Shown one piece after another: positions 36,301 to 50,148 of a stretch of 64,000 bases of DNA; the stretch's first letter is position 1; the number at the start of each line of letters is the position of its first letter. This stretch comes from Nemertoderma westbladi (taxonomy: Eukaryota > Animalia > Xenacoelomorpha), in contig JAUCBJ010007119.1 in assembly GCA_032718475.1 (NCBI GenBank), forward strand, positions 1 through 64,000. The letters are read 5' to 3'. The position numbers and the translations under genes are program-made. The notes beneath the pieces are model-generated. The model saw nothing but the letters and a program-made list of their open reading frames with translations. It was not told the origin of the DNA and did no database searches.

Positions 36301-39300
36301 TTATCCCACATGACTTCACGTCTATCCTTTAATGATTTCTTTAGGAATTCATCACACACATTCAAACGGTGGGGCCCGTCACACAGCGCACATTTCGGTT
36401 TGATGTTACTTACTTTACTTTGAGTAACATTGTGCACACTCATTCTTTCTTCGGGCTTTCTTACATGAATTCTCTTAGGAGACGTAGGAGGAGTTTTTCT
36501 TACCTGTTCTCTCCTGTCATTGATTCGAGACTTGAATTTACTTACGTCTTTAGGCGTTTTGTTGACATAATAAGATCTTTCAGCGTCTTTCCCGCTGTCC
36601 TCTTCTTGAGAAGCCTGGCTTTCGCCATCGTCGGTATAACACACTGGTGTTACCTTTCTCCTAGAAACGGGTTTCTCACTTACCTTATTTTCCGGTGTCT
36701 TCTCTCTGGACTGCTTTAGGAGCTGTAATTTTACTTCTCCATCTAAGAATTACATGAGATCAGCCATGGTAGGGTCTCGTCGTTGTTGTTCCATCATATA
36801 TAACACTTTCTTATCCCAGCGTGTACCTACTCCACCCTTTGGTAAAGTAGAGGCCACGGCTCCAATAACCATAGAACTCTGATATTCATGAGACTTACCT
36901 AGCCAATCTAATTGTGTACAGATCTCCTGAATCTCATCGGAAAACTCTATAATCCCGCTGCTAATGAACTTTCGGGGCGCTACCAATTTTGCATACAAAT
37001 ACCTAGCTATGTTATTCCTATTACCATACCTGATGTTAAGAGTATCCCAAACTTGTCTTAATCCATCTGGATGTCCAATAAACTTTAACGCCATTAACTT
37101 GGGAGATCCTTCCAAGCACTCGATGAGGAATCTAAGTTTCTCTCCGATAGATAACACAGAGTTCTGTATGTTATCTATGTAATATTCATTAAAAGGTAAC
37201 CATTTCATCTCATTTCCATTGAACTTGACGATCTCACCTACCTTTACCACTTGACGGGCTTCGGTTCTAGCCATTTGACACGTAAAACTTTCTTGGGCCA
37301 TTGTGTTATTTAATATCGAGCTATCGGTATATAAATTTCTCGGATTATGATCAGGTCTATATGGAATATCATTGTCAACAGGTTTATAATTACCCTTAAT
37401 AGGGTTTACTATAGGAGTTTCTACTTCACTAGCAGTATAGATGCGTGTAGGCTCCACACCTTGCGCATGAAATACTTCAGACCTAACAGGTTGACACATT
37501 GTTACCGGGGTTGGTGGTATACCCCTTTGGGTATTCACCAACCTATCGCGTTCCAATGCGATACTCTGCTGCACCTCTTGCAACTCTAACCTACTTTCCC
37601 TTACCGTGCCCTTGAACTGCTGAACAGTTCCTTCCATCTCCCGGACCTGCTGAGAGGAGCACTTACGGTGTTCCCTCAACTGCCCGAGCAGAAGACCCAT
37701 CTCTCGTCGTCCCTCCTATACCCACTCTACCGCCGAAGCGGGAGCCGCCAACATAGTAGCGGGCGGACGAGGGACAACGGGCAACAAATCATTGATATTT
37801 CGCTCGGAGTCCAGGACAGGAACCGTCTCAGGGGTTGTTCTGCTGGGCACAGGTAGTTTTGTGCTGTGCAAAGGGAATTTAGAGGTAGGTTCTGGGAGTA
37901 CAGGTGTCTCTATCACCGAAGGGGTGGCTTCGAGAACAGGCCTAATTATTTCAGGCTCATCTACTATAGTAGGGAGTCTTTCTATTTTAATAATTTGGTC
38001 TGTGGGTTCTGTACTACCTAAGTCTGTGCTAGCTAGTTGCCTTCTAACAGCTGGGGGCAAATCAGGCAATTTCTGACGGTGGGACATTCTTCTACGCCTA
38101 CTTAGACGAGACCTACTTCCTCCGCCTTCAGGATCGGTGGTATCGCCTTCATCAGAGGATGTAAATCCCTGTCATTTGGGAGTAGATCGACTCATCATCT
38201 GCATTTGACTAGCTGTTAACTGTTTATTTATGCAGTCTTGATTCTCTTGAATATTTTCCAACTCTAGTTGGGTGGTCTCTTCAGATGCTATTCGTTCCGC
38301 TTCTGCCACCGCTATCTTTCTTTCCGCTTCTATTGCTGCAGCTGCCGCTTTTGCCTCTGCCGCTGCTTCTGCCGCCTTTCTTTCCGCTTCTGCCGCTGCC
38401 ATTGCCGCTGCTGCTGTCTTTCTGTCTTCTATACGTTTTTTCTTTACTTGTTCTTCTTGGACCCTAGCGATGCGGAGTCTTTCATCAAATTTAGCTTGGT
38501 TCGCAGCTAACATTTCCGCATCGATTGCATCCAACACAAGCTTGGCTCCTTCACTATTAGGGCGAAGTCCAGACAGCCGTCTCCTCAACTCTTCGTCACC
38601 TAGGAATCATTGATAGTCTGACAGATAGATGTCAATAGCGTCTCACCCGCTGGAACCAAGTCTTTACGGCAACTTGCAACGACGTGTCTTGTCTTCTTTT
38701 CGAAGCTTCCTCAAAGGCCGATAGGATTAGTCTGATTCTTAGAATTCTTTCTCTAACTTGATAAAGCAGCTCTTCCTGCTCTTGAGGTCCTTGGGGTTGT
38801 CGAAACAGTTGTTCCTCTAATCGCTCTAAAGAGCTGAAGAATCCCTGTACATATCCTGCTGCCGACCTCTTCCACACAGCTGGATCACTAGTGTCTTTTG
38901 TCACTCCCACCCTGTGTATGTCTTCCCAGGCAGCTTCCGATAAGTCAAACGGGAGTCCGGGTCCGGGGAAGTTCCATTGCGACTCGACAATAGACTTCAG
39001 TTCCTCCCTTGTGTATCCCGCATAACTGTCCTTGGTCGATCGCTTACTTCTCACCCAATCAATTTGGTGTTCCTCCACCGCAATCAATACCCTAGTGAGT
39101 ACGGCTGCAGGAAGAATGAGAAGGGGATCCGAATAAACCGCATCTGCCATCTTTGCTCCTCGCTCGGGTGTCAACTCTACAGTATCCGAACTACTGGAGC
39201 TATCGGGCCGCTGAGAAATAAGTTCTTGGCTAGGGTGTTGCTGCTGTTTAACAGCTGCTTCCTGGTCCCGCTTGACCTGAGCCCGAGTGCCTATGATAGA

Positions 39301-39468
39301 CCTACGGTGTTGGACTAGCCTAGGGTCTGATAGCACTACTGGAGGGATGATCTTTCTTACAGTAGGAGGTGAGTTGAACTTTGGTCTCACACGTTCCACA
39401 CTCCTGTCTGGGTCACAGATGGTTGTATCTAGGAGACTGTCTGACAGGTTTTGCTTTGTGTCAGACAT
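30312..39468 (-). pseudogene. A2 gag-pol polyprotein (Gag, Zn knuckles, protease, RT, RNase H, integrase) broken by stops, frameshifts and an insertion
   Basis: ORFs 38632-39468, 36750-37700, 35988-36644, 34117-35919 (LLDSGS, YMDD), 32938-34056 (FGDAS, NPADIASRG), 31290-31769 (HHCC, GVDLFGP), 30567-31238 (SDKGTNF, WERL). Confidence 0.93.
31770..32952 (-). mobile_element. Structured non-coding element X, copy a (1183 bp), inserted in A2 pol
   Basis: Both ends shared with 48851-50148 at a different host site; excision restores KEKIS-DQEHEE in frame. Strand is given relative to the host element. Confidence 0.8.
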
Positions 39469-41383
39469 GTTTGTTTGTACAGTTGAATGCCTACTGCTAT
39501 ATTACAGTTAAAGCAAGTCTAGTAATTCAGTATCAACTGTTAGCCTAGTAATTAATTACCGATATCGTTACTCAGTGTAACGTGATATATTTACAATATA
39601 TTAGAGTACCGGTATACACTTATAGTATATATATAAGTATTATTACAGACTAGGTTTGTCACAGAATACCGGTATATAATTTCAGCGCAAATATATATAA
39701 ATATATAATAAGCCTATCGTGAATACCGGTATACAGCTTACACTTATAGTATATATAAGTATAATTATAGACTAGAATTAATTACAGAATACCGGTATAT
39801 AATTTCAGCACAAATATATAGAAATATATAATAAGCCTATCGTGAATACCGGTATATCAATTATTTTAGAATAATTGAATTTCTGAAATTTAGGGTTACT
39901 TGGTTACTTTACTTTACTTTATTACTGTTATTTAAGCAGTAGTCCAACTGACATTAAGACCTAATTGTTGTAAGACAGGCCTACTATTTTATAAATCGGT
40001 TTGAGTTGATTTATAATATATATACCCGTTTAATGGGTTTTTGTCAATATTTGAAATAAATGTTATTATTTCTGGGAAAGAGTCACTACACAGAAGCTCT
40101 ACACTCTCAGTGAAGTGCTACTTGTTGGACACTAAAACAAATAATTCTAATTTACCTAAGTTACTTAATACTACAAATTACGTACAATTACGGGGTGAGA
40201 TTACAATCTCTAAATAAACACAAAAAATTACACGTACGAATTTTTTTTTAGGGTAATTTTACTAGAAGTCTACAAGCCAGCCTAACAAAGGGTTAGAATA
40301 TCTGGTTCTTACAAACGGACAGGATACTACGGTATTTGAAAGTAATAAAGCAGTAGTAAATATACTGCGTTGTCCAGATAGGAAAAATACCACCGTCTGA
40401 CGACTTATAGCCATAGCGCTATAAGTACTACGTTATGTATCACGGAGTGTTCCTACCTAGAAGTTAATTACCGCGGCCTAACAGAGCCAACGTGCCTATC
40501 AACCACTTTACAACACAAATATACTGCCTACACACTAATTACCTTCGGAAAGCACTGTACACTAAACCCTAAATTAGGTACAAGTACTTATACAACAAAT
40601 AACCAGCAGTTAAAAATACTTGAACAGCTAAATGAACCACGGTATCTGCCGGAGTGACCAACGCATAAAATCTCCAGTCTTTACCTACGCCAAACAGCCC
40701 TGATGTAGTACCGGGGTTAATTTAACTATAACGGTATGGATAACAAGCACAATTACTGTAGGAATAAACTTGGGGGTATGAATGTTGCGAATAATCGCAT
40801 AAACTCTGAATAATAAATATTACGCTACCCTTACAGACTACACAAACAAAATACAGACCAAACGCTGGCAGACTACTATCAAGCCTAAATAAACTACAGT
40901 ATATGCAGACTCCGAAATGGTTAGTTAGTATGCGTTCTAACCGAGTAGTACGACTTATTCTTTCAGGGGGGATTTACCTTACAGCACTGGATGCCCACCA
41001 CTTTCCTAACTAGTACTTTATCGGACATACACTCTACATACACTGCAATCTCTTCAGACTTAACAACAGTCAGACAACAGTCTAGCCTACAAATTACCTG
41101 TACAATCTGAGCAGGCTTACACGTCTTCTGCTCAATATTAACTTACAAATAAATAAAACTGACAGAAATAGGCCTAAGTAAAATCCCAATAAAAAACCAG
41201 GCGTCCCCGATTAAATATTAAGACCTACCGGTATATAATTATCTAAATCGAATAATATTGCTGTACTTGTACTGCTGTAAGTACCGGTTCGGGTAGTTAG
41301 GCAGTCAGGCCTACTGGTTGCCGGTCGACCAGTACTTTTGCCTTTTTATTGCCTACGTGCAATAAAGAAGCTATAACTGTTAT

Positions 41384-42557
41384 TGTTTGCGCTTTTAGAC
41401 CTTTAGCAGTTTAACCTGCCAAATTTAGGTGTCTTCTAGGTTATAAATCGACTTTAGCCTATGACGAGTATTTGATACACTACATTAGCCGAAGCCAGCC
41501 TATGCGCGACCATTCACCCGCTGGATATACCCGGGAGACTGGATTCGGAAGCTCTGACCTTATTGCGATGTAGGCCTACTGTATTATTCGATTGATCGTT
41601 AATATATAATCTCTGACCAATATTATTCACTTTCGGGAAATATTAACAGTTCCTTTAGGACGTGGCGCTCTAAGTATGTAAACAGAGTTATGACTTACAC
41701 TAAACACAACGGGATGGCTATTGATTCACGTATAAAGTGCATTCTTTAGGAGATGCTTTGTTATCTGTCACAGTCATGCACACTACCGCACAATGCTGCA
41801 CACCGATCTGCCGACCTTCACTAATTTTAGACACATATAAAGAGAACAGCAACTGACACATGTAGTGCCTATGAAATAGCATTAGATTCACTCCAAACCC
41901 AATATAATGTAAGTCGTAATTGCTATATGTAACCGGTCTCTTACCTTCAGTATATCAAGAAGATTGGGGTTTTATGATTATTTATCTATATTATCCAAAT
42001 ATAACAATATTCCATCAACTGATACAATTAATAACCGACAGTAAATAGCAGTAAAATAATGCGGTGTTTGTAGGTGACAATATGATTTGATTTGGCAGTT
42101 TGTGAATTAATAACAGTTATACGTTTCTATGATCAAAGCCGTTCTAATGTTTGGCTAAAGTCTGAAACACAGAATAATTCCACAGCCGATGTTCTGGCAT
42201 CAGGAAAAAAGGTAAACATAAACCATAATGCATTGCGCGATTTCCCGGAGGCTTCTGTACAAATAAAATGAAAATCGCTCTGATTGGTCGACCGAACAAA
42301 GAACAAAGAAAAAGTTACACGTGTACATATCAGCTGATAGATGTCGTCATCTGAACTTACACTGTACTAAGAGTATTTTGGTGTATTGCGACATAAAATT
42401 GCTAGTTATGTCCGCCAAAGTACACATACAGAAGAAATGGCTTTTTATGTCCACTAAAACACCGGTACAGTAAGGAAACGGCTTTTTATGTCCGTTAAAA
42501 CACCTACAGAGTACTTTGCGGGGAAAATAACCAGCTAATTCCGCAAAAGCCTTTACA
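41384..42557 (-). repeat. 5' LTR of A2
   Basis: Direct repeat of 23823-24996. Confidence 0.95.
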
Positions 42558-42769
42558 GGGTACAGTACGTGTCTAGCCCTTTTAATCTGCACCCCCCCCC
42601 CCCCACCCTTCCCACCCACCAATACATAACCGCGACATCTACCACCCACGGAAGGGTAGCGCGAACTTATTTCCAATCGCACATTCAATATGCAAGGCCA
42701 GGTGGTTTATAGGAATATAATAAACGCAGTACTCGTTTTCATTATAAGCCTCGTTGCGTTCGTCCTGTT

Positions 42770-43670
42770 TTGAATTTAAATATATTTCTTAAACGCAGGC
42801 TAGGACGATCTTTATAATAATAATAACTAGGGATGCGATCAATGTGTGAAGCCAGGTGGTTTATATAATAATATAGTCAACGCAATATTCCTCTTCTTTA
42901 TAAGCCTCGTTGTGCTCGTCCTGTTTTGTATTTAATTATAGTTCCTAAACGCAGACTGACGATCTTTATAACTACCGATGCGTTCAATAGGCGCAGCCAG
43001 GTATGGTTTATAGGAATATAGTCTATGCAGTACTCGTCTTCATTATATGCCTCGTTGCGCTCGTCGCTCGTCCTGTGTTGTCATAAAATATTTTTCCTAA
43101 ACGCAGACTGACGACCTTTATACAGTTATAACTATGCGAAGTTTCGAAACTGTGCGAGTAACTGCTGATACATCTATGTGGAGATATGTGATACAATGCC
43201 AACGCATCGTATGCCGATGTAGTAATATCTGAATATGGGTATTGAAATAATATTATATCAATGTACACTCTTAAAATGCAGCAAAAAATTGTAGCTAATT
43301 TCATTGGTTACATATAAAATAATAAAATTATTTTTAAGAACATTAATTTTACTACTTTACAAAAATTCAATTAAAAAATAACCAGACAAATACATTGTGG
43401 AATAAACTATTTCATATATAAGCCTACACAACAGCCATGCCATGGATAGTATTTATGTTATTATATCTGTCATTTACCTGAGATAGCAATACAACATTTA
43501 TAGTAGAGTCAATAGGAAGTGGAATACAGGAAGGATGGTGGGATGTGGGATTTAAAGAATGCTGTCTGGGCTGGAATAGCAATACTGGTTGCCTATTACA
43601 ATTCCTCTCTGGTTAGTCTACAGCCACAACTCCCAGCTAGCTAGCTCCACACCAGCAGAGACTTGACCAA
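42770..43670 (+). repeat. Dispersed repeat with a second copy at ~60523-61292; probably the left part of a Helitron-like composite split by A3
   Basis: Long near-identical blocks. In both places the repeat continues into the same Helitron-like family once A3 is removed. Confidence 0.7.
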
Positions 43671-43689
43671 TAATCATTCCCAGCAACTG

Positions 43690-44830
43690 TGTTCGCGCTT
43701 TCAGACCTTTAGCAGTTTAACCTGCCAAATTTAGATGTCTTCTAGATTATAAATCGACTTTAGCCTATGACGAGTATTTGATACACTACATTAGCCGAAG
43801 CCAGTCTATGCGCGACCATTCACCCGCTGGATATACCCGGGAGACTGGATGCAGAAGCCTTGACCTTATTGCGGTGTAGGCCTACTGTATTATTCGACTG
43901 ATCGTTAATATATAATCTCTGACAAATATTATTCACTTTCGGGAAATATTAACAGTTCCTTTAGGACGTGGCGCTCTAAATATGTAAACAGAGTTATGAC
44001 TTACACTAGACACAACGGGATGGCTATGGATTCACGTATAAAGCGCATTCTTTAGGAGATGCTTTGTTATCAGTCACAATCATGCACACTACCGCACAAT
44101 GCTGCACACCGATCTGCCGACCTTCACTAATTTTAGTCACATATAAAGAGAACAACAACCGACACATGTAGTGCCTATGAAATAGCATTAGATTCACTCC
44201 AAAACCACTTTAATGTAAGTCGCAATTGCTATATGTAACCGGTCTCTTACCTTCAGTATATCAAGAAGATTTGGGGTTTTATGATTATTTATCGATGTTA
44301 ACCAAATATAATAATATTCCATCAACTGATATAATTAATAACCGACAGTAAATAGCAGTAAAAATGCGGTGTTTATAGGTGACAATATGATTGGTGTTGA
44401 GTTGGTATGGTTTGTGGTTTGATAACAGTTATACGTTTCTATGACCAAAGAAAACTAATGTTTGGCTAAAGCCTGAAACACAGAAATTCCAAAGCCGGTC
44501 TTCTGGCTGTGGACAAAATACACATACTGACTGAATTGCATGAGTTTCTGTATACAATCTCCAACACAGAGTCAAAAAACGCTCTGATTGGTCGACCGAA
44601 CAAAGAACGAACAAAGAACAAAGAAAAAGTTACACGTGTACATATCAGCTGTTAGATGTCGTCATGGTAACTACACTGTATCAAGAGGATTTTGGCTTAT
44701 TGCGACATAAGATCGCTAGTTATGTCCGCTAAAGTACACATACAGAAGAAATGGCTTTTTATGTCCGTTAAAACACCTACAGAGTACTTTGCGGGGAAAA
44801 TAACTAGCTAGATCCGCAAAAGCCTTTACA
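43690..44830 (-). repeat. 3' LTR of A3 (lacks one unit of a 41-bp tandem duplication)
   Basis: 1141 bp versus 1182 bp for the 5' LTR. Confidence 0.93.
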
Positions 44831-44908
44831 CCGCTCCCAGAAAATGGGATTTAATTCTATAAAATATAAAAAATCACAGTTTCTAAAATATAAAAATACT
44901 CTAAACAG

Positions 44909-46460
44909 TTAGTTTTTCTTGCGCGGACGGCATTTACGCAGTTTTTTGGGGCAAGCAAGAGTCCTTTTCTCTTTGGGGCGAGCCACTTTACTAAGAGGGC
45001 TATAACCCTTGGGTGAAGGGTGCAATACAATTGCATCAGAAGGTTTAGGGTTACGGTCGGTGTATCCGCCAGTCGAGGTACCCGGTTGATCGGTATCAAC
45101 CTCAGTGGAACGAGGTCGAACAACCTTGAGAGCGCGTTTTGAGACAGCAGCTCTTACTGGTCCCTGACGGGTCGTCTGAACGATAGCGGTAGGTGGACCG
45201 TGTATAGTGAGAAATTTCCTCGGTTTGATGATTCTTTCCAACTCGCGTTCTCGGGCTCTATCGGAATCGATATGCTTCTCCTCGAGCTGATTTTCCTCCG
45301 CTTGTTGTTGAAAACATTTGTCCAAACTCTTGCAGAAAGTAGAGCCGTCCAAGTTCAATATCTTCTTAGAGATTCTGGATTTTCTGATCGAACTGAGACA
45401 AAGCTAATTCGTCCACCGCTTGGACCTGTTGCTGCAATTTACGTTTCTCTAAACAATTGTAGGTTCCTTTTCCGATCTTTTGAAGAATAGTGTCCAACAC
45501 GTTTCGTACAACTCTCTCCTCCGCCTTGGTGACAAGTTGTATCGGGTTAAACCGGGACAATGATACGGTTGAATGACGATATTAGATGTCCGCGTCCCAA
45601 TCCGGCTAGGTAAGATTGGCGAATATTTAGGGAGCCCACAACCGGAGTGCCACCGACTAATTATTCGGGTAACACTAGATCTTTGAACAGTGAGTACAGT
45701 TCGGGAGGATCCGTGATACTATTAGGATCAAGAGTCTGAAGTCTAACTAGGAAATGAGGAGGTCTGACTGAGTACTCCGGAACTCTGATCATAGGTTTAT
45801 TTAAGGATCGTTTGAGTCGAGCGAGCGTAGGTGATACATCGAACAAGTTTCGCTCGAAACTCCCGTAAATATAGCGAGTAAAACCGTGTTTAAAGCAACG
45901 TCTCCGCGGATGTTTATGTCTTTCCGTTTGTTGGTTGGGTCTTGGGCATTCATCGCAATAATACCAAAGACGCACATCTTGTAGGGGAAACGCGGGTGAT
46001 ATTTATTCGGTTTTACAATGTTTCTCTCAAGAATTCCAAATATACGTTGGAGTTACCGCGTTTATTCGGTTCTTTAACGTCTTCTCTTTCGAGTCGATTT
46101 CGAATAGAATTTTCGCATTCGATTCTCAATTTATCGTTCCGACTCAGCTGGGTATGATATTTAAATAGGACCATTTCCCTTTCGGTGTCGATATCGTCCG
46201 TATCGTGTAAATTTGATAGGATGGCCAGTAGTTAAGACGTCCATATACGTACCATTACGATGCGTATAGCGAGCGGTGAATTTTCTATAGTCCAATTCAC
46301 GCGTAAGTTGCTCCTGGGACATTGGCGGTTCGATATAACGACCATCGTCCTCCGTAGTAGTTGGACCAGCGTCGCCGCGTATCAAGCTATCGACAAACGC
46401 TTGTAAAGGTAGAGTATATCGCTCCCTGATACCAAGATCATCTTCTATCAACTCAGTCAT
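44909..46460 (-). pseudogene. Accessory region of A3: ORF-A homolog, unrelated middle, ORF-B C-terminus
   Basis: MTELIEDDLG... start and RARERELER...KCRPRKK end are shared with A2; ~45260-46085 has no visible counterpart in A2. Confidence 0.65.
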
Positions 46461-48850
46461 ATCTGCTACATGAGTTTATCAATATTATAATGAGTTTATA
46501 TTTAGGCTAGCGGGCGTCGCTGCCTACCCCTCTTGGCCCCCGGACAGCGCAAGATACTCAGCGCTGGTGTACTTTCGCCGATGTGCCTATCGCCAACGTC
46601 GTAGCTGCACAACGACCACAACAACCAGCGCGAGTCACTCCACCGTCCGTCCCAAAGGCTTAGATTTACTTCAGGTTCTTACTGGAGAGTTAGGGCTACT
46701 TTCACAATTGCGACTCGCTACTGTAAACACACTTTAGTAGTAACATTCACCTATAAACGCACAAATTCCACACAACTGTCACAAACCGTACACATTCGGG
46801 CCATTTTTCCGTTAGTCAGTGCCTTCCAGAATGCCACGTTATTATTGTGTATCCTTGGATACTAGCAGTGTGCTATTTACTCCCTATGCTATTCAATGGG
46901 GCAAGCTTTCTATTGTTCTTTAACTCACTTCTAATTCTAGCGTGGTTGTTGCCATGGTGACATTATGGAAAGCTAGCAGTAGAATTAGGGTAATTCTCAT
47001 GCATACAGATCTGGGATGCTATTTAATAGTAATTCTTTAATTGTCAATATTCCTCTTTATACATGATGTTATGAATTTTATCGGCTATTGACTATATATT
47101 GGAGATTCTCGCACACTAATATACTTAATAGGGTGAATCTCCGCTCCCATGATCTATTAATTTATGGAATTTTGGGAATGTTATAAATTGTATAAAAATG
47201 ACAATTTATCAAATTCATTAAAAGATGAATTTAAATTTATTCCCGTAAATTTTATTATTTAATATTAAATAGACACAATTTTATTCAAGAACATGTCTGG
47301 GGACTGGGATCCTTGATTCTAGGAAATTGGTCTTTTTAAGAATATCGGTAAGTGCTACGATATCTTAATAGTCTAGAATTTTAAAGGATCTAAAATTTGG
47401 CAGATTTTATAAATATTAATAGTTAATATTTAGGATGGGCACCAGTTTATTCCAGAACTTGTCTGGGGACGTTAACCACTGATTCTAGAATTTTGTCTTT
47501 TAAGTATATTGGTGGGTGCCGCGATATCTTAATCGACTAGAATTACAGATGGTCAAAGGGTTTAACAGATTTATTTTGCGTTTTACGCTACTGTTAAAGG
47601 GACATCACGCTACTATATGTATTATTTAATATACGGTATGAGAGCAATATCGCAAGAAGCAATGTCAGTGAGAAGAGGCAAGTCATTTCCAAGGTCTACC
47701 CAGAGCTTGGTTTAGCCGAGACACGAGGATCTGAACTTTGCATTCCTAATACTCTACTTACCAATAATACTTGAATATAGTAGGAGCTTTATTGTACTTT
47801 AATAAGTACGGATATTTCATATTACTGTAGTCACGTATTTATAATGTAATACAGACAGTAAGGAAAGAGAAAAATAATTATTTCTCGCCATCGCACTAAA
47901 TATATAATATATAAGTAATTAAGTAATAAACGCGAATATATATTGCACTAATCTACTAGATAATCGCTAAAATAACATTCTGCTAAATAAAATTAAAGAA
48001 AACGATTATAATAAAATTATATAATAATACATACATAAATATAAAATAATAAAAACAAATATAAAATAATATAGTCATACACCCACTCCAGACGTTGTTA
48101 CGTTGGGGAGTCTCTAGATGTTTGTTGGATTAGGGAGGTGGTCGTGGGAAGAGTATCTTGCCTTGCATAGTTTCCGGACAGTTCTCGGTCTCATTCCAGT
48201 AAACATAAACGACCAACTGGGCGATTGAGCTGCTGTGTCTCGAAGACAATTCCAGGTTTCCTCTTCGTCCTGGAATAGTGACGATAGAAACATCGCTTCA
48301 AATACACGACGGCCTTACAAAGCCGATTCCAGGATCTATAGTGGTCCATCGCTCCCGGCAGGAGAGGTGAGAGTCCCGGCGAGACGTCTGGTGTTCCAGA
48401 TCTCCAGTCTCTCTCTCTGATCTCCACAACAGATCGGTTCGCGGTGGGGGAGTTTAGATCCACAGCGTCGTCCCTGGCAATGTGTAATACAGACAGATCT
48501 ATCACGGGTTTAAATAACCTTGATTTACTCGTCCGGGTTTTAGGTTTGACTTTCTCCGCTCCCTTGGCTTGTCTAATCTCAGCCGTGGTAAGATGGGGAG
48601 GCCATTCATCTTCTTTACTTAGGAAGTCGGGTCCACCTAACCAGTCTGGAGTATCTGTCAGTTCTTGAGGAGTTGCTCCTCTGGAAGCGATGTCGGCTAG
48701 ATTAATCGTCTCGGGGCAATATCTCCATTGATCTACATTAGAGTTAATATCGTCATTATCTGAGGAGTATGGTGTTCCCTCAGTTGGGTCATCCACCTCA
48801 CTGCTCTCCGCTTCCCATTCACTTATTTGGTATACCCGTTCTTTTGGTAT

Positions 48851-50148
48851 GCTTGCGTCCTTCTGGGCTCCTCCCCGAGGCGCACCCACGAGGCGGACGC
48901 TGTCCCACCACCCCTGGGGCCAGTCTGACTCCATTTTTATCAGACCGGGCCGGAGGGTAGCCCGATGCTTCCCGGGTTCAATTTTCAATCCCCCGATCAC
49001 ACCGGCACAGCTCGTCGGTGTAGCCAGATGGTCGGCAACTGTCAACTTACTGTGGCCTGACTGTACATTGAGCCAACTCAGAGAGTCAACCGGCGGGTGG
49101 ACCAGTCGATAGTGATCGAGCATCAAGGTCGCCCTTGAGCCAAACCGATGGTCTTGTCCCAAGTGGGCTTGCGCTACCCACATGGAATATTGACACGTTT
49201 TCACCCGCCTCGCCGGCAGTATTGAGGGGAAGTTGGTTCCGCAAACAATACTGACTAGCTCGAAAGCTAGGAACAAGTAATCACTTACCAGTCACTGTAC
49301 ACGTGTACTCAACAGATGCTCACGAAATCAAGTACACAACGGTAAACACAAAATCGGACACATACCATGCACACACAGAGGACATAATCGGGAAAGACAA
49401 ATCGGTGACAAAATTAGAGGGGACAAAATTGTATCGACTGATAAAAAGTCGAGAGTACCTTATTTTGCCGTCAGGGCAAAATAACTTTGTGTGCACAAAG
49501 TATGCTGGGGCGCAGTAAAGATATGGTCCTACTAATAACCAGCGGCGTCTAGACCAACCGGCAAGGTTTCCCACACTCACTCGCAGTGGCCATACACACT
49601 CACGTATACCACGTACCCACAGCAACAGAAAGCTCAAGCAAACTGCCACTGATCATCCACACACAAACCACAGATTCCAGAGTATCATTCACTCAGACCA
49701 CACTACCACCATCCCCTCCTTGCAGCGGATATTCCGGGTGCTACCTCCATTCCAATAGTAGTACCAACAGAATCATCAGAATCCTGCCCATTCCGATGCA
49801 ACACCTCCATTCCAATAGTGCTACCCTGGGAAAAGACACGTTTCGGCAACCGATCGGAGACAGCAAAGAGTCTGGTCAACTCATACATACCAAACATAGA
49901 CCTACCACATAAACCACATAGACCACAGATCACACTAAGCCACCACCCCTACTGTGTACAGGACTGGCAGTACGGCAACAGGCCGACTAGACGGTACCAC
50001 GGCACCATGTTGATTCATGGTTCGTAAGACACGAGGGCCTTCAGTATCTCCCTTGCACTATACATGGGATTTAACGTGCCCCCAGACCCTCACGAGTCCG
50101 CTGCCGCCTGTTAAAGGCACCCCTATAGAGACCTCACCTCTTTAGGTA
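48851..50148 (-). mobile_element. Element X, copy b (1298 bp), inserted in A3 after the protease
   Basis: Excision restores MER-IPKER (A2 has MERLPKER). Confidence 0.8.

Larger units (their letters stand above)
23823..42557 (-). mobile_element. BEL/Pao family A copy A2, structurally full-length, 18.7 kb with nested inserts
   Basis: Two 1174-bp LTRs (about 18 differences counted by eye), 5-bp TSD GGGTA (23818-23822 / 42558-42562), PPT at 24997-25010, gag-pol and accessory ORFs. Confidence 0.95.
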
